A DNA stretch of 63,773 nt, filler included, from Cercozoa sp. M6MM (GCA_040357565.1; 13 parts of 13 records of this genome joined end to end with filler, not necessarily neighbours in it), one strand, 5' to 3'; shown: positions 1 through 13,018, counted from the whole stretch's first letter. A program made the numbers and translations. Notes: generated by a model from the sequence alone, not told the origin.

Positions 1-51
1 CCCCCCCCCCACCCTTTTACCCCTTCGGATATGCCTACCTGCTTTGTACAG

Positions 52-3000
52 GCACGCGGGCCTCATGCTGTCGGACGCAACGTTCAACTGCGTCAGATGC
101 TCTCGGTCAACGTGCAGGAACCGGTTTGTCCCCGCCTCCCTTATTATACTCCCTGTACACCCCCCCCCTACCCCCTGCCCCTCCCGTAGGTGATGAGCGA
201 CTCGGTGCAAGTGCAGCTGTACGACTACGACAAGGGCCGGCCGGACGAGCTGATCGCGACGCGGCGTTTCTCGTACCGCCGACTGATCTTGGGTACTGCG
301 GCCACGTGTCTCACTGAGTGGGCACTAACGTGTTCCAAGCGATGGTCCCAAATGATTCAGACACGCCAATGACGATTCACTTCTACGGTGCCGATCCGCG
401 CAAGTCCAACAAACACGCCAACAAGATGAACCTCGACTTGGTACCTGTTGGCTCAATCTTTGGCTCAATCATTGTTGGCTCAATCAGTCCATGCGTTTGG
501 GAAACTACTGGGTTGGCACGTGTCAGATGCAAGGACACCACTACCGCGGCAGCGCTCTAGTGCAGTGGCACGTGGCCAGAGGTGACCACGTGCGCGCGGA
601 ACCCGTGGTGGAACAGATCGCGTTCGATCCGCGCGGCGCCGATCGGCACACCGAGCAGTGGGCCGTGCAGTGCGATGTATTGTGTCTTTGGGACGACATC
701 TGAGGGAGCAATTACTGTTTGGTCCCACTGACCTCGTGGCACGCAGGTCTGGGAGGCAGGCGAGCTGCCGGAACATCTGGGCGACGTGTGCGTGAAACTG
801 CTCGTGGGCAGCACGGTCGTCTCGTCGCACGAGAATCGGTATCGTGTTTATCTGTATATGTATTTAATTATCTGTCTATGTATTTAATTATCTGTATATG
901 TATTTAATTATCTGTATATGTATTTAATTATCTGTATATATAGTATGCATATATATCTATATATTTTTTTTAAAACCTTATCTATCTAGCGCAACCAAGG
1001 GCGTGATCTGCTTCAACGAGTCGCTCAGCAACGACAAGGACAAGCAGGTGCGGGCTTTGTTCGCTGTCACGCTCCTTTGCTCTGTTTACACCTCCCTCCC
1101 CTCTTCCTCCCCTGGAATGACAGATGACAACGGCGGAGCAGGGCGACACCACGGTGGTCTGGGGCAGCGCTAACGTTGACGAACTGCCCGACGTTGGTAC
1201 TTTTTGTCCGACTGAGTGATCATCCGGTGTGACCATGTGACCACTCACCCATGTGACCACTCACCCATGTTAACACTGAATGATTCCATGTGACCACTAC
1301 GATTTATGTGCGCAGTGGTGGCACTGTACCACAAGAAGAAGGACATGTGCATCTCGTTCCGGCGCTGCAGTTTCCGTCAGCTCGTCGAGCAAGGTAGTCC
1401 CCCTTAATTATTGTTCCCCTTAAAACAAACACACCCTGAATTGTTGTATCCCCGATGATATGTAGCTTTAATTGTTGTGCACCCTTAAGTGCTGTACGTC
1501 CTTAAACGTGTGTAGGCATGGAGGTGCCGCCGTCATGGGTGCCGCTGATGCGTGCCAGGGACACGGGCCTGCTCAAGCCGGATGACGAGGCCGGCACGCT
1601 GCTGATGTCGCTGCGAGCCTGCCGACTGTCCGAGCTGCCGGTGCCCTGACCCGCTGTTGTCCCTCCCCTTTCGCTAGCTTACCCCCCCCCCTTTTACGTC
1701 CCTCGCAGGCGCACGTGTCGCTGGCGTGCCGACCCTTCTTTGCGCAGCAGTCGATGCTGCCGATCGCCGAGGAGGACGCAATTGATCGGAGCCTTTCGAA
1801 GGACGGTTCGAAGGACGGTTCGAAGGACGACAGTGCTGGCAAGGCCAGTGTTGATACCACCGTCAGTGGCAGTACCCGTGGCAGTATCAGTGGCACCGTG
1901 AGTCACGTGGGCACTCTCACCGTCACGGTGATCTCGGGCGTCAATCTGCCTGCCGCCGATCGCAACGGACTGTCGGATCCCTTGTATCGTTGGCCACCCC
2001 TATCTGACCCTTCCACTTTACCCCCCCCCCCCAGTGTCAAGATCCGCGTGGGTGCCAACCGCGTGCAGACCAAGGTCCAGAAGGCCACGCTGAATGTAGC
2101 CAACTCATACATTTATTAGAGTTTATAAACATGTACAATGGGTGAGTGTAGCCCACGTGGAACGAGACATTCACGTTCCAGCACGTGCACGTCGATGACA
2201 ATGTACACGAACTTAGCCGCCGCTTTACCTCTGCCTTAACCTCTTCCCATCTGTCGGCAGCTGGTGCTCAAGGTGCGCGACCACGACGTCGTCGGCAAGA
2301 ACGCGCCGCTGGGCCAGTTCGAGTAAGTTGATCCGATTAATTGATCTCTGACTGATTTATCTCGCTCTGACTGATGGTTTTGACTGATCGATCGTGTCAA
2401 TGCAGGTGCAACGTTGGCCGTCTGGGCCAGGTACCGCGCGAACCGTTTGATCGCGAGATGGACCTCTTCATCAGCGACAAGGACACAGGCGCACACATCA
2501 AGGTATAGAGGCGTGGGGCAGAGTGAGTGTCGAGGAGTGGTAAACGGGTGAAACTATGCAGGTGCGCGTGGTCTTTGAATACACGGAAGACAGTGCGACC
2601 ACGGCCTCAAGAAAGACACAAAAGAGTCTCCAAAAGAAATTAGACAAATTTGGCGGCCTGGTTGTACAGTTTTTGTTTTTGTTTTTTGTATTTTCTGAGA
2701 CCGTTTCTGTGGTTATTTGGATGATGTAACCCACTTGATCAGGAGCCGACTCGCAAGCAGTACCAAGTGCGGGTGTACATCTACCAAGGTGCGGGATTTC
2801 TTGTATTCTTGTGGTACTTTTTGGTTGTTTTGCTGACTGAGGAAAAACGAGCAGGCCGCAACCTGCCGCAGTCGGACGCGAATGGCGGCGCCGATCCGTT
2901 CCTGTATGAAGTTTAACCCTCCCCCCTATATCCCCTCTGACCTCCTGTCTGACCTCGTGCTTGTGTGGGACAGGAATCTGCGACTGGCGGGTCGTACCTA

Positions 3001-3747
3001 CAAGACGCGCGTGGTCAAGAACTCGCTCAACCCGCACTGGTGTCTACTGCCTGCCCTGTAGTACCTAGTGTCACTCAGAGCACAAGGTTGTTTGGGGGAG
3101 ACAGGAATGAAACAGCCGTGGTGACGTGTATGCTGCCGCACCCGCTCAGCATGGCGCCGCGACTCACCGTGACGCTCTACGGTAGGGGGAGGGGGGTTAA
3201 AGGGGAGCAGGGTAGGGGTCAGGGTAGGGGGTCATGGGAGGGGTAAAGGGGGGTAAGGACAGGGGGTATAGAGGGGTTAATCTCTGTACAGACGACGACA
3301 TCAACCCGTTCAACGTGGCCGAGTTGCTGCAGAAGGGCATGTCGGCCGCCGGTGTCGACAAGGTCACGCCAGCGCTGCTGGACAAGGTTTGCCCCCCCCC
3401 CCCTTTACCCCCCTACCTCCTCGACCCTTTACCCCCCTACCTCCTCGACCCTTTTACCCCTACCTCTTTACCCCCCTATCCCCGGATGGTCCAGGGCCTG
3501 GACGTGGCGAGCGGTGCGTTGGACAAACTGATGCGTGTGACGTCGGACGACTTTGTCGGCCGTGTCTCGATCGATCTGGCCGAGGTGTTCCACGCGGAAG
3601 ATGCGGAACGACTGAGGGGCATTCCCACCTGGTACTCGCTCGAGGTATGGTCTTTACCCCCCCCCCGACCCCCTTTACCTCCCTACCCTCCCCCCGACCC
3701 CCTTTGCCTCCCTACCCCTGAGACAGGACAAGAACGGCGTCACATTG
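52..3747 (+). CDS. Ferlin-family multi-C2-domain protein (internal fragment, ~20 short exons)
   Basis: Manual splicing gives ferlin-like segments: VQLYDYDKGRPDELIAT, IHFYGADP...ANKMN...HYRGSALV, ELPDVVVALY...PPSWVPL...AGTLLMSL, a C2 (LTVTVISGVNLPAADRNGLSDP...PTWNETFTF) and YQVRVYIYQGRNLPQSDANGGADPF...KNSLNPHWNET. Cut at the window start and at the contig end. Confidence 0.8.
848..940. repeat. Intronic 20-bp tandem repeat (TTATCTGTATATGTATTTAA) x~4.6
   Basis: Read directly; lies in a ferlin intron. Confidence 0.9.
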
Positions 3748-3847
3748 NNNNNNNNNNNNNNNNNNNNNNNNNNNNNNNNNNNNNNNNNNNNTTAATTAAT
3801 TAANNNNNNNNNNNNNNNNNNNNNNNNNNNNNNNNNNNNNNNNNNNN
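3748..3847. other. Artificial contig linker N44-TTAATTAATTAA-N44 (first of 12)
   Basis: Same 100-bp linker with stops in all six frames at 3748, 7147, 10001, 17329, 20870, 26176, 30597, 36951, 40873, 44975, 51471 and 59216. A separate 10-N gap at 60797-60806 lies inside a (GT)n intron. Confidence 0.98.
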
Positions 3848-5834
3848 GGGGGGGGGGTAACACTACCAAGCACCTATCCCACCCAACTGTAGCCACAAAG
3901 CAGCACTACCTTGGATGGCTTCGTCTTTACAAAGTTCGACGCATCTGGTGCCACGATGGCCTGTACAGCGAGGCGCAAATATGACAGGAAAGGAAGAGTG
4001 GATGACATGTTGGCATAAGACTCCGGTACCGGATTGAAGAAGCGGAGGTAGATGTAGCCTCCGATCAGTGAGCCGACCTGGTAGCGCGAAGCGTCCGGGA
4101 AGCGTCGTCTGCAAAACAGTGTTAAAGCAACGCACACCAACTGGCAACGTAGGGAGGCTAAGTACTTGGCCAGTCGGCCTAGGGAGCGGCAGATCCATCG
4201 GACGCCGTAGGGAATCGCCTGTGTTTAGACAGGATGAAAGCAGACGAGGATGCAAGTAGCAGCCAGGGTAAGATAAAGGACAAAGGGTGGAGGTAAAAGG
4301 TTGGGGTATCTCGGGGTGTCTAGGGGTAAGATACATCGACATCGCCCACGATGCGACCGAGAATGAACTGCGCCACTTCTTCGAGCTGCTGCTGCCGCCT
4401 GGCGCACAGTGCGCGCACTTGCGGAATCTCGATCTGCAGGGACTAACAGGGTGAAGGCAGAGTGTAGTGCGATAAAGTGTATACCGCCTCTTCATTGGTG
4501 TTCGCTTTCGGTCCATCCCTGTTGAGTGCAGTTAAAATCCACTCGCTGCAGTTTTGTGTGGTCCAGTTGGTACAGTCCAGTTGTACCACGGCTTGCCGGT
4601 GGAGGTCTCGGAGTCCTGCACCACCGACTGGAACGCCTTCAGCGGATGAATGTCGAGATTCAGCTTGTCCACATTCGTTGATCGAACAATGTCCTACACG
4701 TAAGGGCGCGTACATATGGGTGGCTACAGGGTGAATAAGGGCGCGCGCACCTGCAGTGGTTCGGCCAGGATACTGCGCAGTACGCCAAGACCCTGTCCAC
4801 GCCGTGCGTAGGCCGACAACATCTGTGTGATGGCCGTGTTGGCACTGCATCAGGTGGGCAGGCAGAGACGAGGTAAAAACACAGAGAACCTGGCTACAAA
4901 AGCAAGCGAAAGATACCGGCCAAAGGAGCCAAAGTCGGTGGCACTCTCAAAACTGCGACGCAGCACTTCTTCGAACAGTGTCAGCAGCAGGCGCTCCTCG
5001 CGACTGTCGTACTGGTCGCCAAACAGGTCGAACACCACCGTCTGCACACCAAACACAAACACACCATCAGAGCACAGCTCCACTGCCACAGTTGGTTTCG
5101 CCATACCTGCACAAAGCTCGGAATGTCTGCGCCGGATACATTCGAGGCGATCGCCTACATCAACACCGGAAATTATACAGAAAATTATACAGACCGAACA
5201 CACAACACCGAGGAAAGCTACCGCAAGTATGCGCGGCTCTGTCTGCAGCAAGTACAACAGACGGCCGTATTGCGTTTGCCGCTGCCGCAGGTACCGGTTG
5301 CCTCGTCTACAAACACCGATCGAGGTCTGCCTTGTCTCACGGACACACCACACAAAAGAAAAAAGCTACTCCTCTCGCAGGTGCGTCAAACCAGCTGCTT
5401 GTGTGATCAGATCTTGCACCTACTAGCTCATGATTGTACGAAATCGCAATCAGGGTCAGAGGTACACACCATGTCCTGGTTGCGGACGAGGAGTCCAATC
5501 TTTTGGTCCAGTTCATCCAACTCGCGCTCCAGCACCTAATAAACACCGTCGTAGCGCACATCAATGCATGCGAGATTGAAATCGTACAAAGTTATGTCGC
5601 GAGTGCTGCGTGATACGCGTCCGAAGAGCAAGCAACTCCGCGTTCACGCCGTCAATTTCGTCATCGACCTACCCGCGCGGACACATACCAACCCGATGAG
5701 ACGAAAAACGAAAAAATCATTGACCCAATAATTGTGAGCGGTAACAGTTCACTCACATGTCTGGCCTCCTCGTCAGCGGCTTCTGCGCGCACATGGGCGA
5801 TCAGGTCGCACAGCGCCTGCTGTGGCGCTTCCAT
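3848..5834 (-). CDS. Ras GTPase-activating protein, Gap1/Sar1/DGAP (IQGAP-related) type, 3'-truncated
   Basis: ATG at 5834 (MEAPQQAL). Spliced segments VLERELDELDQKIGLLVRNQ, QYGRLLYLLQTEPRILA, TVVFDLFGDQYDSREERLLLTLF, ANTAITQMLSAYARRGQG and LIGGYIYLRFFNP (RasGAP FLR-type motif). Confidence 0.9.
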
Positions 5835-6077
5835 GTGCACAGACGGCTTCTGTGTTTTTAGATGCTTCTAGCCGTACCACGCCTTTCACTGCCTTTATGT
5901 AGCAGGAGGCCACGCTTGAGCACGTTCCCCGGCACCGCACGCGATCTCTCGCGTGATGAACTCAAACAGTACAAACGGACCCGCGCGATCAGTGCCAGGT
6001 GAATATTTAAAAAAATCGCTAGTGCATAGAGCTCGCGGACACACCAAGTGTAGTGTGTGGTGGCACGAATTTGCCCG
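5835..6077. promoter_or_regulatory. Putative bidirectional promoter between RasGAP and EF-G1
   Basis: Divergent start codons 243 bp apart on one contig; inferred from geometry only. Confidence 0.5.
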
Positions 6078-7146
6078 ATGATGCTGAGCACTCTCCTGAC
6101 GCGACGCAATGCGCGCATCCTGAACTTTGGTATTCGAAGTGGAGCTGTATTTTCTGGGTGACCACATGACCGCAAAAGTCCGTGTGTGCGAGGAGCCTCG
6201 TATGTGTGCTTGTTCGGGTGCGCAGCGCGTGCCTTGGCGACCAACAGCGACGTCTTCTCGCTGGACGACCTGTCGAAGGTGCGCAACATCGGCATCAGCG
6301 CGCACATCGACTCGGGCAAAACGACGCTCACGGAGCGCATCCTGTTCTACACGGGCCGCATCGAAGAGATCCACGAGGTGCGCGGCAAGGACGGCGTGGG
6401 CGCTACGATGGACTCGATGGCACTTGAGCGCGAGAAGGGCATCACGATCCAGTCGGCCGCCACCTTCACTCATTGGGTATATATATATATATATATATAT
6501 ATGGTGATTTCTGTACCTATGTTTGTTATGAGATACTTCTATATGTATATTTTTTTAAATTTGTATTGATACATGCATCGTATATGAATATATATATACA
6601 TATTTACATGTATATATTCATATGGATACAGGGCGACACGAGCTTCAACATCATCGACACGCCGGGTCACGTCGACTTCACGGTCGAAGTGGAGCGCTCG
6701 CTGCGCGTGCTGGACGGCGCCATTCTCGTGCTGTGCGCCTCCAGCGGCGTGCAGTCGCAGTCCGTGACGGTGCGCTTGTGTCCCTGCCCTACCCTTTACC
6801 TACCCTTTACCCCTACCCCACCTCTTGACCCCCCCCCCCCGTTCAGGTCGACAAGCAGATGAAGCGATACGACGTGCCGCGCATCTGCTTCATCAACAAG
6901 CTTGTAACTTACCTGTTGTTTCCCTTGGTGCTTGTGTATGTGTACGTGTGTGTAGGACCGTCTGGGTGCCGACCCGTGGCGTGTTATCGATCAGGTTATC
7001 TTTATCCCCCCCCCCTTGACCTGACTCCCTTACCCCCCTGGTATGCAGCTGCGTTCGATTCTGAAGCTGAATGCGGCGGCCGTGCAGATTCCGATGGGCA
7101 CCGAGGATTCTCACTGCGGTATTGTTTACCCTCCTCCCACCACCCC
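6078..7146 (+). CDS. GFM1: Mitochondrial elongation factor G1, 5' part
   Basis: Arg-rich presequence [17 protein letters not shown], then [71 protein letters not shown] and FINKLDR. Confidence 0.95.
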
Positions 7147-7246
7147 NNNNNNNNNNNNNNNNNNNNNNNNNNNNNNNNNNNNNNNNNNNNTTAATTAATT
7201 AANNNNNNNNNNNNNNNNNNNNNNNNNNNNNNNNNNNNNNNNNNNN

Positions 7247-7306
7247 GCTCCTTTCCTGAAAAGGCTCTCTACTCACCAGCACAGAGAGCCTTTTCAGGAA
7301 AGGAGC
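7247..7306. repeat. Perfect 24-bp inverted repeat with 12-nt loop
   Basis: 7247-7270 GCTCCTTTCCTGAAAAGGCTCTCT is the exact reverse complement of 7283-7306. Confidence 0.95.
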
Positions 7307-7409
7307 AAAATCTTGCTCTTTCGAGGTCAGTCAGACAAACACAATACACCACACTTCTCAAAGTGCTCAATGAATAGCTTTCTTCCACGCGGAGCACCAG
7401 AGATCTGAC

Positions 7410-7448
7410 TGGCCGGATGGAAGATACCGTTTCGTAACATCTATTTAA
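7410..7448 (-). repeat. Dispersed repeat family B, copy 1
   Basis: TGGCCGGATGGAAGATACCGTTTCGTAAC (7410-7438) matches 42593-42621 at 28/29 nt; TCTAT follows in both. Confidence 0.85.
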
Positions 7449-7646
7449 ACAACTAAGCGTCGGATGCCCAGTCGTTAGGGTTCCCGCCAATTCATGCCGT
7501 ACTCGCTCCTCACGGTGTTACTCAGTTATTTTAAATACTAATTTACGTGTGGTGTCGTAATGCCGGCGCCAGTTGCGTCGAGTCAAGTACGAGCGGGGAC
7601 GAACGAGTCGAGCGGGCGCATCTGGCAAAGGAGCGTGAGGTTCCCG

Positions 7647-8690
7647 TTAGTTCTTCTTGAGTGCGGCCTCCTGCTCGGCTTGACGACGCTGCAGCAGACG
7701 CAGTTCTTGCCGGCGTCGTGCCTGTGGGAAAAAGATCACACAGAGATAGAAATCTACGGGTACATGGGAGGGTAATGTCTCTTTCTCTTGTACCAAAGCG
7801 ACGGCACTTTGGAACTCGGGCTTGTCGCGATACTCGTCGCGGTTCGGTTGCGGTCCCGTGCTGGGCAGCATGTCCTTTGGACACATATCAACATAGACAT
7901 ATACATGTATATACAGACAGAGAGATAGAGTAAGGTACGACATCCTCGGCTTCGTCGAGCAGCGTGGCACCGTAGGACATGGCACGTTTCTCGCCTGCAC
8001 AGCAGGAGGGTAAAGGGGTTCCGGAGGCGAAAAGGGTAGGGTGTACCTGCACGCTCAACCTCCTCGGCAGGCGCGGCGGTGCACCGGGCGTGACGATCGC
8101 ACGAGCGGCAGCACGCGTAGCCCTGCAATGACACATACACATGCTTCATCCCTCCCCTTACCACCCTCTTGCTCTTGCCCTCCAGACATATCTAGGACGA
8201 GTGTACCCACTTGAGTGCAGGTAGGTCAAAGAAGGAGCCAAACACGGCGCTGTGCCCGTTTTCGTACACGTCCTCTTCGTAGCGACTGTACTCACGTACA
8301 TGCACACACATAGACACACACACACATACACACACACAAAGAGACAGTGGGCCAAGCCTACGTTCGTCGCAGCTTAGGCCGCGTCTCCTTGGGCGCCGTC
8401 ACGGGCGGCAGCACCAGCGGCCGCGGCTTGGCATCGGCCGGCGCCGTCATGTCCGCGCCTGAGTCGACCACGAACGCCTCGTCCGGCCGCTGCTGGTGCA
8501 GACCGCCTACACACGGGGGGGGGGGGGGGTAAAGCGAGGGGATATGGGGCAAGGGGGCGGGTATTACCGTATCGTTGCGCCACCTTGTCACGCAGCTCCT
8601 GTCGCACGCCGCCTTGTCGCGCCAAAAAGTGCTCGCGGTACAGCTTCTCGGCACGCGTCGGGTTGGCCTGTATATAATACACACCCATAT

Positions 8691-8745
<55 letters not shown>

Positions 8746-9400
8746 AGCATATATGGATGAGCTGAGCACCTGCATATGCACGGCGAGTGCAGCCTGTGCA
8801 ACGTCGTGCTCTTGCACTTTCGAAGTCCACTCCTGTCGCATTACACACCAAGACATTACGAGAAAGGTAGGAATAGGGGAGTCGGGATAGGGTTTAAACG
8901 GGGGGGGGGCAGGGGCAAAGACTAACAGGATGCTTACCTGCATGCCGCGGAACTTGGCGGCGTCGCCAGTGAGACGCTTCGAGTTCTCGGCGGCCGCAAG
9001 CATTTCGGGATCGACGGTGCCGGCCATGTCCCTGGGAATACACATGCACCACATAGACATGCCGACTAGATGCAGACATATGGAGTGTGTACTTGGGCAA
9101 ACGAAGAGCGCGACTGCGCGGATCGAAATAGGCTGCCGTCGCACTGAGGTCCAGCTGTGCCACAATACACACACACACATACACACATACACACATACAT
9201 GTATACACACAGAAGTAGTACACAGAGGGTGAGGGGCCTACCAGGAACTTGGCCGTATCCTCGCGGTGTCGACGCGCAGCGCCGCCGGCCGCACTGCGCT
9301 GCTCGCCTGTGCCGACAAAAAGTCGCGAGAACACATCGTCGTCCTCGTCACTGCAGGCGGATGCACAACACACACACAGGCATACACACATACATACACA

Positions 9401-9447
<47 letters not shown>

Positions 9448-9948
9448 CATATATCCACGTGTGGGTATGTGAGCGGATGGGGCACCTGCTGAGACCGGAG
9501 AACACGTCGTCGTCGTCGTCGTCGTCGTCCGTGTCGCGGAGCCATTCCTCCTCTTCTGCAGGGGTTACGGGGGGGGGTGAGGGTAAAGTGGTGGATGTTG
9601 GGGGGGGCAATTCTACCGGGTCCTCCACGCCGAGTTCCTCGCGCAGCTTGCGCACTTGGCGACGCTTCTTTCGCCGCTCGGCGCGTGCGCGTCGTCGCTC
9701 ATCCTCCTGTGCAAACATACGCGTACAGGTCCAGTCCAGTCCAGCCCAGTCCAGTCCAGTTCGGTCCAGTCCAGTTCGGTCCAGTCCAGTTCAGCTCAGT
9801 CAGTGGTATCAAGAGGGCCCAGAAAGGATACCTCGAGTTGCGCGGCGTTCTTGTGCTTCTTTTTGCGCTTCTTCTTCTTGGGCGGCTGCACCGGGTTGCG
9901 CAGTTCCTCCTCGAGCGCCTCCAATCGCTCCTCGCGCTCCTTGCGCTC

Positions 9949-10000
<52 letters not shown>
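7647..10000 (-). CDS. SLU7: Pre-mRNA splicing factor Slu7, 3' part
   Basis: Spliced motifs REDTAKFLLDLSATAAYFDPRSR, AENSKRLTGDA, HMQANPTRAE, KVAQRYGG, YEEDVYENGHSAVFGSFF and GYACCRS follow the Slu7 C-terminal motif order; TAA at 7647. Confidence 0.9.
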
Positions 10001-10570
10001 NNNNNNNNNNNNNNNNNNNNNNNNNNNNNNNNNNNNNNNNNNNNTTAATTAATTAANNNNNNNNNNNNNNNNNNNNNNNNNNNNNNNNNNNNNNNNNNNN
10101 CACACACACACGAACATCAGTCAGACCAACGCCTGTCCAGCTTCTTACGTACTTAGTTGGTCGTTACCTTAGTTCAGCACTGGTCTGAATCCGTGCGTTA
10201 ACTCGTAAGCGCTTGCCGAAGAATTGTGTCATAATTTACGCTGCGAGCCGGGCAGCTTCTCGCACTCGGGACACAGCTGTATACACAAAGTACACACAAA
10301 GTACATATATAAAATTGATGCGCGGGTGAGGTGTGGAGAAGCATCTACCGGACAGTCGCAGTCGTCGGTCGAGTGGCAGAACCATATTAAAGAGCAGATG
10401 CAATTTATTAAAGAAAGTCGTTCTAATTGTCCATGAAATATGTCCAAAAAGACCGGCTGCGAGTCCTGTAATTGTCCACGATCCTTGAAATGGCTTATTG
10501 TCTGGACATATTTGAGGCGCTTTCCTTGTAGTACCAAAATACCGGGACGAATACCGGTATTTTTGATGGC

Positions 10571-10672
10571 TCAGTATTAAATGACATAGTTTCCATCTGA
10601 ACTGACTACGTCTACTGACATAGTACTCTCTTGCACTACCAAAGCCTCAATTTCTGAAAGGCTGCGGTAACA
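10571..10672 (-). mobile_element. Dispersed repeat family A, short (internally deleted) copy
   Basis: Shares both ends (TCAGT[A/G]TTAAATGA ... CTGAAAGGCTGCGGTAACA) and inner blocks (CATCTGAACTG.CTACGTCTACTGAC, CATAGTACTCT, CCAAAGCCT) with 18961-19206. Confidence 0.7.
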
Positions 10673-10818
10673 AACTCTAAGATATAAACGCGAAAAGATT
10701 AATATACGTTTACGGCACTCTCAAGCTTTTTTTGCCACTTGACTCGTTACCACAACCCTCCTCTCCGATTGAACAGCACGAAAAAACGAATGAAAACATG
10801 CTATCACACGAGCTTAGT

Positions 10819-11674
10819 TTAGTCTTTCTTCAGCCGTCCCGTCCCGTAAGCAAGTTCTTCAAGCAAGATTGCGGACTCCTCTTCATCCGGCACCGTCGTG
10901 TCAGGAACGACACCGTCGTCCGTATTAGTGCCAGGAGCGCCACCTGCACAGGTAGTGTCAGTGTCAGTGGCACTGTGATTAAGTGCTTCGCGAAGACGAT
11001 TGATCTCGCGGAGCAGACCTTGCTTTTCAGCCTTGAGTCGACGGTTTGCAGGTCTCAGCTTGCGAAGGTCAACATTTTCATCATTGAGTGCAGTGCGAAC
11101 TTCGCGGAGAGCCTCGTTCTCATCGCGAAGGCGAATGATCTCGTTTTGTTGACTCTCAAATTGCATCTTCAGGGCTTCGTACGCTTCGTTGCGCCGAGCA
11201 GACCAGTCCGAAGGCTCCGTCTCAAGATCGACGAAAATTCCTTCACGCTCAGCATTCAGCGCATGCAAACACGCTCGGACTCGCGACTCCGGAACAATGA
11301 TGTAGGGTCCCTGGCGAACCGTTTGGATGTCTTTCTACGATACAGGGAGTAAAAAACACGCATTAAGTTTAAATATTAATATATATATATATATATTTAG
11401 TATTGCAAAACACCGACACTGGTACCTGAGCAATATGCCGAACAACTGCGTGAGCTCGGGCAAAGTCAACCCGTCCGTCACTCTGCAGGTTGGCAAGATT
11501 TTCCGAGACGAACCAATCAACGACTTGCTTCGAAGTAGCGTCGTCGCCGTCCGGCAGCTCACGCTGTGGGTTGTTTCGGATGGAATCCAGTCGGCGGCGG
11601 TAGTACTCTGCACTTTTCATGCCAGTGATCTTGCGGCTTGTTGACTTCTTGTTGCTGGAACAGCATGCACCCAT
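10819..11674 (-). CDS. Orphan coiled-coil protein with predicted N-myristoylation/palmitoylation start (MGACCSS)
   Basis: Exons 11674-11426 and 11334-10819 join in frame across a GT-AG intron; heptad-rich segment EALKMQFESQQNEIIRLRDENEALRE...REINRLREAL. Confidence 0.7.
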
Positions 11675-12245
11675 ATTGAACAATAAACTGCAACAGCAAC
11701 TGCAGAGAAGCAAACAAGTCAACTTACTGTATGAACCACGGGCTGTAATGTTCGCACAGCCAGAACCAAAAAGAAGTTGTGTTCGCAGCTTTTTTTTCAT
11801 AATACGCACGAGTTCGGAGCGTCGATCGACCCGTCTGCTCATCATTGATCCGTACAGTACCCCGACGTTAAGAATGATACCTGAAGGGGGTCTGCAAATG
11901 ATGTATCGGAACGCACTGTATCGCTCCGGAGAGCGAGCTAGCAACCAATCACCGCTGATACACGCTGGCATTGCACCCATTGAACTTTCGTGGTGTTTCG
12001 GCACGAGTTATCGTATTTGAAGCTGTCGAGAGTTGCAGAGAAATCTTGAGATTGCCGGCGGTGCTGAGTTTGCGTTCTTTGGCTATTCTCGCGGCAACAG
12101 AGATCCAGATGCGCGGCATGACTTTGTTGGATCGGTTTTCGTTAGCGAAACTATCGTATATCCTCCAACGCAATTAGATCGGAGACTACTGTATATAGTA
12201 TACATTAGTCCCCGACGCTCTGATAAACTGAACTAGCAAGCCGAG

Positions 12246-12549
12246 CTAACTCCTGCGCTCTAGTTCGATACGCTGTCGTAGCCGGTCGCGCAGGGGCACA
12301 AAGTGCTGCTGCAGGAATATTTCGTCAACGATCGAGGCTGGATGCCGCAGATCACCCAGCAACTCGCGGTCCTCCTCGGCCTCTTCAGCGTCGACACTGT
12401 CGCTCTGCATCGATCGAAGCAGCACCTACAAAACAACATTCTCCATGATGGATCAAGAGAATGAAAATGTACTGACTCACATTCTTGGGCGGATTCAGAG
12501 CACACGTGTCAAGGAAGGTTCGCGCTGACTTCTTGACTGTTGACATCAT
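12246..12549 (-). CDS. Small hypothetical protein or gene remnant
   Basis: Two exons joined by a GTGAGT...TAG intron (MMSTVKK...NPPKN|VLLRSMQSDSVDAEEAEED...ERRS*); no family recognised. Confidence 0.3.
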
Positions 12550-12938
12550 TCAAACTGTTCGAAAACTGTAGATAAAAAACAACGTGTACATCAACGTACA
12601 AACTGGCCTTCCGTGATCCAACAATGCCGAAGAGCAATAATGAACCCGTCGTATTGCTTCTTTAAAATCAGTGGCCCGTCCAGTGCGAGTGATGCAGTCA
12701 GCTTTCAAGGAACATTCTACGTTTATACAACTTTTTTGCGGATTGGACGTGAACGAAGCCTTCGTATCGCCTGGCGATGAAACGAAGTCCTCGTACCAGC
12801 AGCGAAAGAGTGAGTCCCAGTGGTGCCTGATCCTTTAATTTCATTGGCATGGCAGCGAGTTATGTCGAGTTAACTTTCACCCTCAGTATGGTTACGTTAG
12901 CTCGCCAAAAAGCGATCACCATGATCTGCTGCAAACCC

Positions 12939-13018
12939 GTTCAATCAGCTTCAGCTGTTCAATCAGCTTCGGCTGTTCAATCCAACTATGCCCTTCTTCA
13001 GCTGTTCAATCAGCTTCG
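12939..13018. repeat. Degenerate 18-bp tandem repeat (CTGTTCAATCAGCTTC[A/G]G)
   Basis: About 4 copies read directly. Confidence 0.8.

Noticed and set aside
3748-3847. Recurrent TTAATTAATTAA palindrome between N runs as a biological repeat
   Set aside because: Identical 100-bp six-frame-stop linker; an assembly or concatenation artefact.
5730-5749. lac operator look-alike AATTGTGAGCGGTAACAGTT
   Set aside because: One deletion and one mismatch versus lacO1, inside RasGAP intron 1 next to the donor, with no convincing vector flanks; best read as chance.
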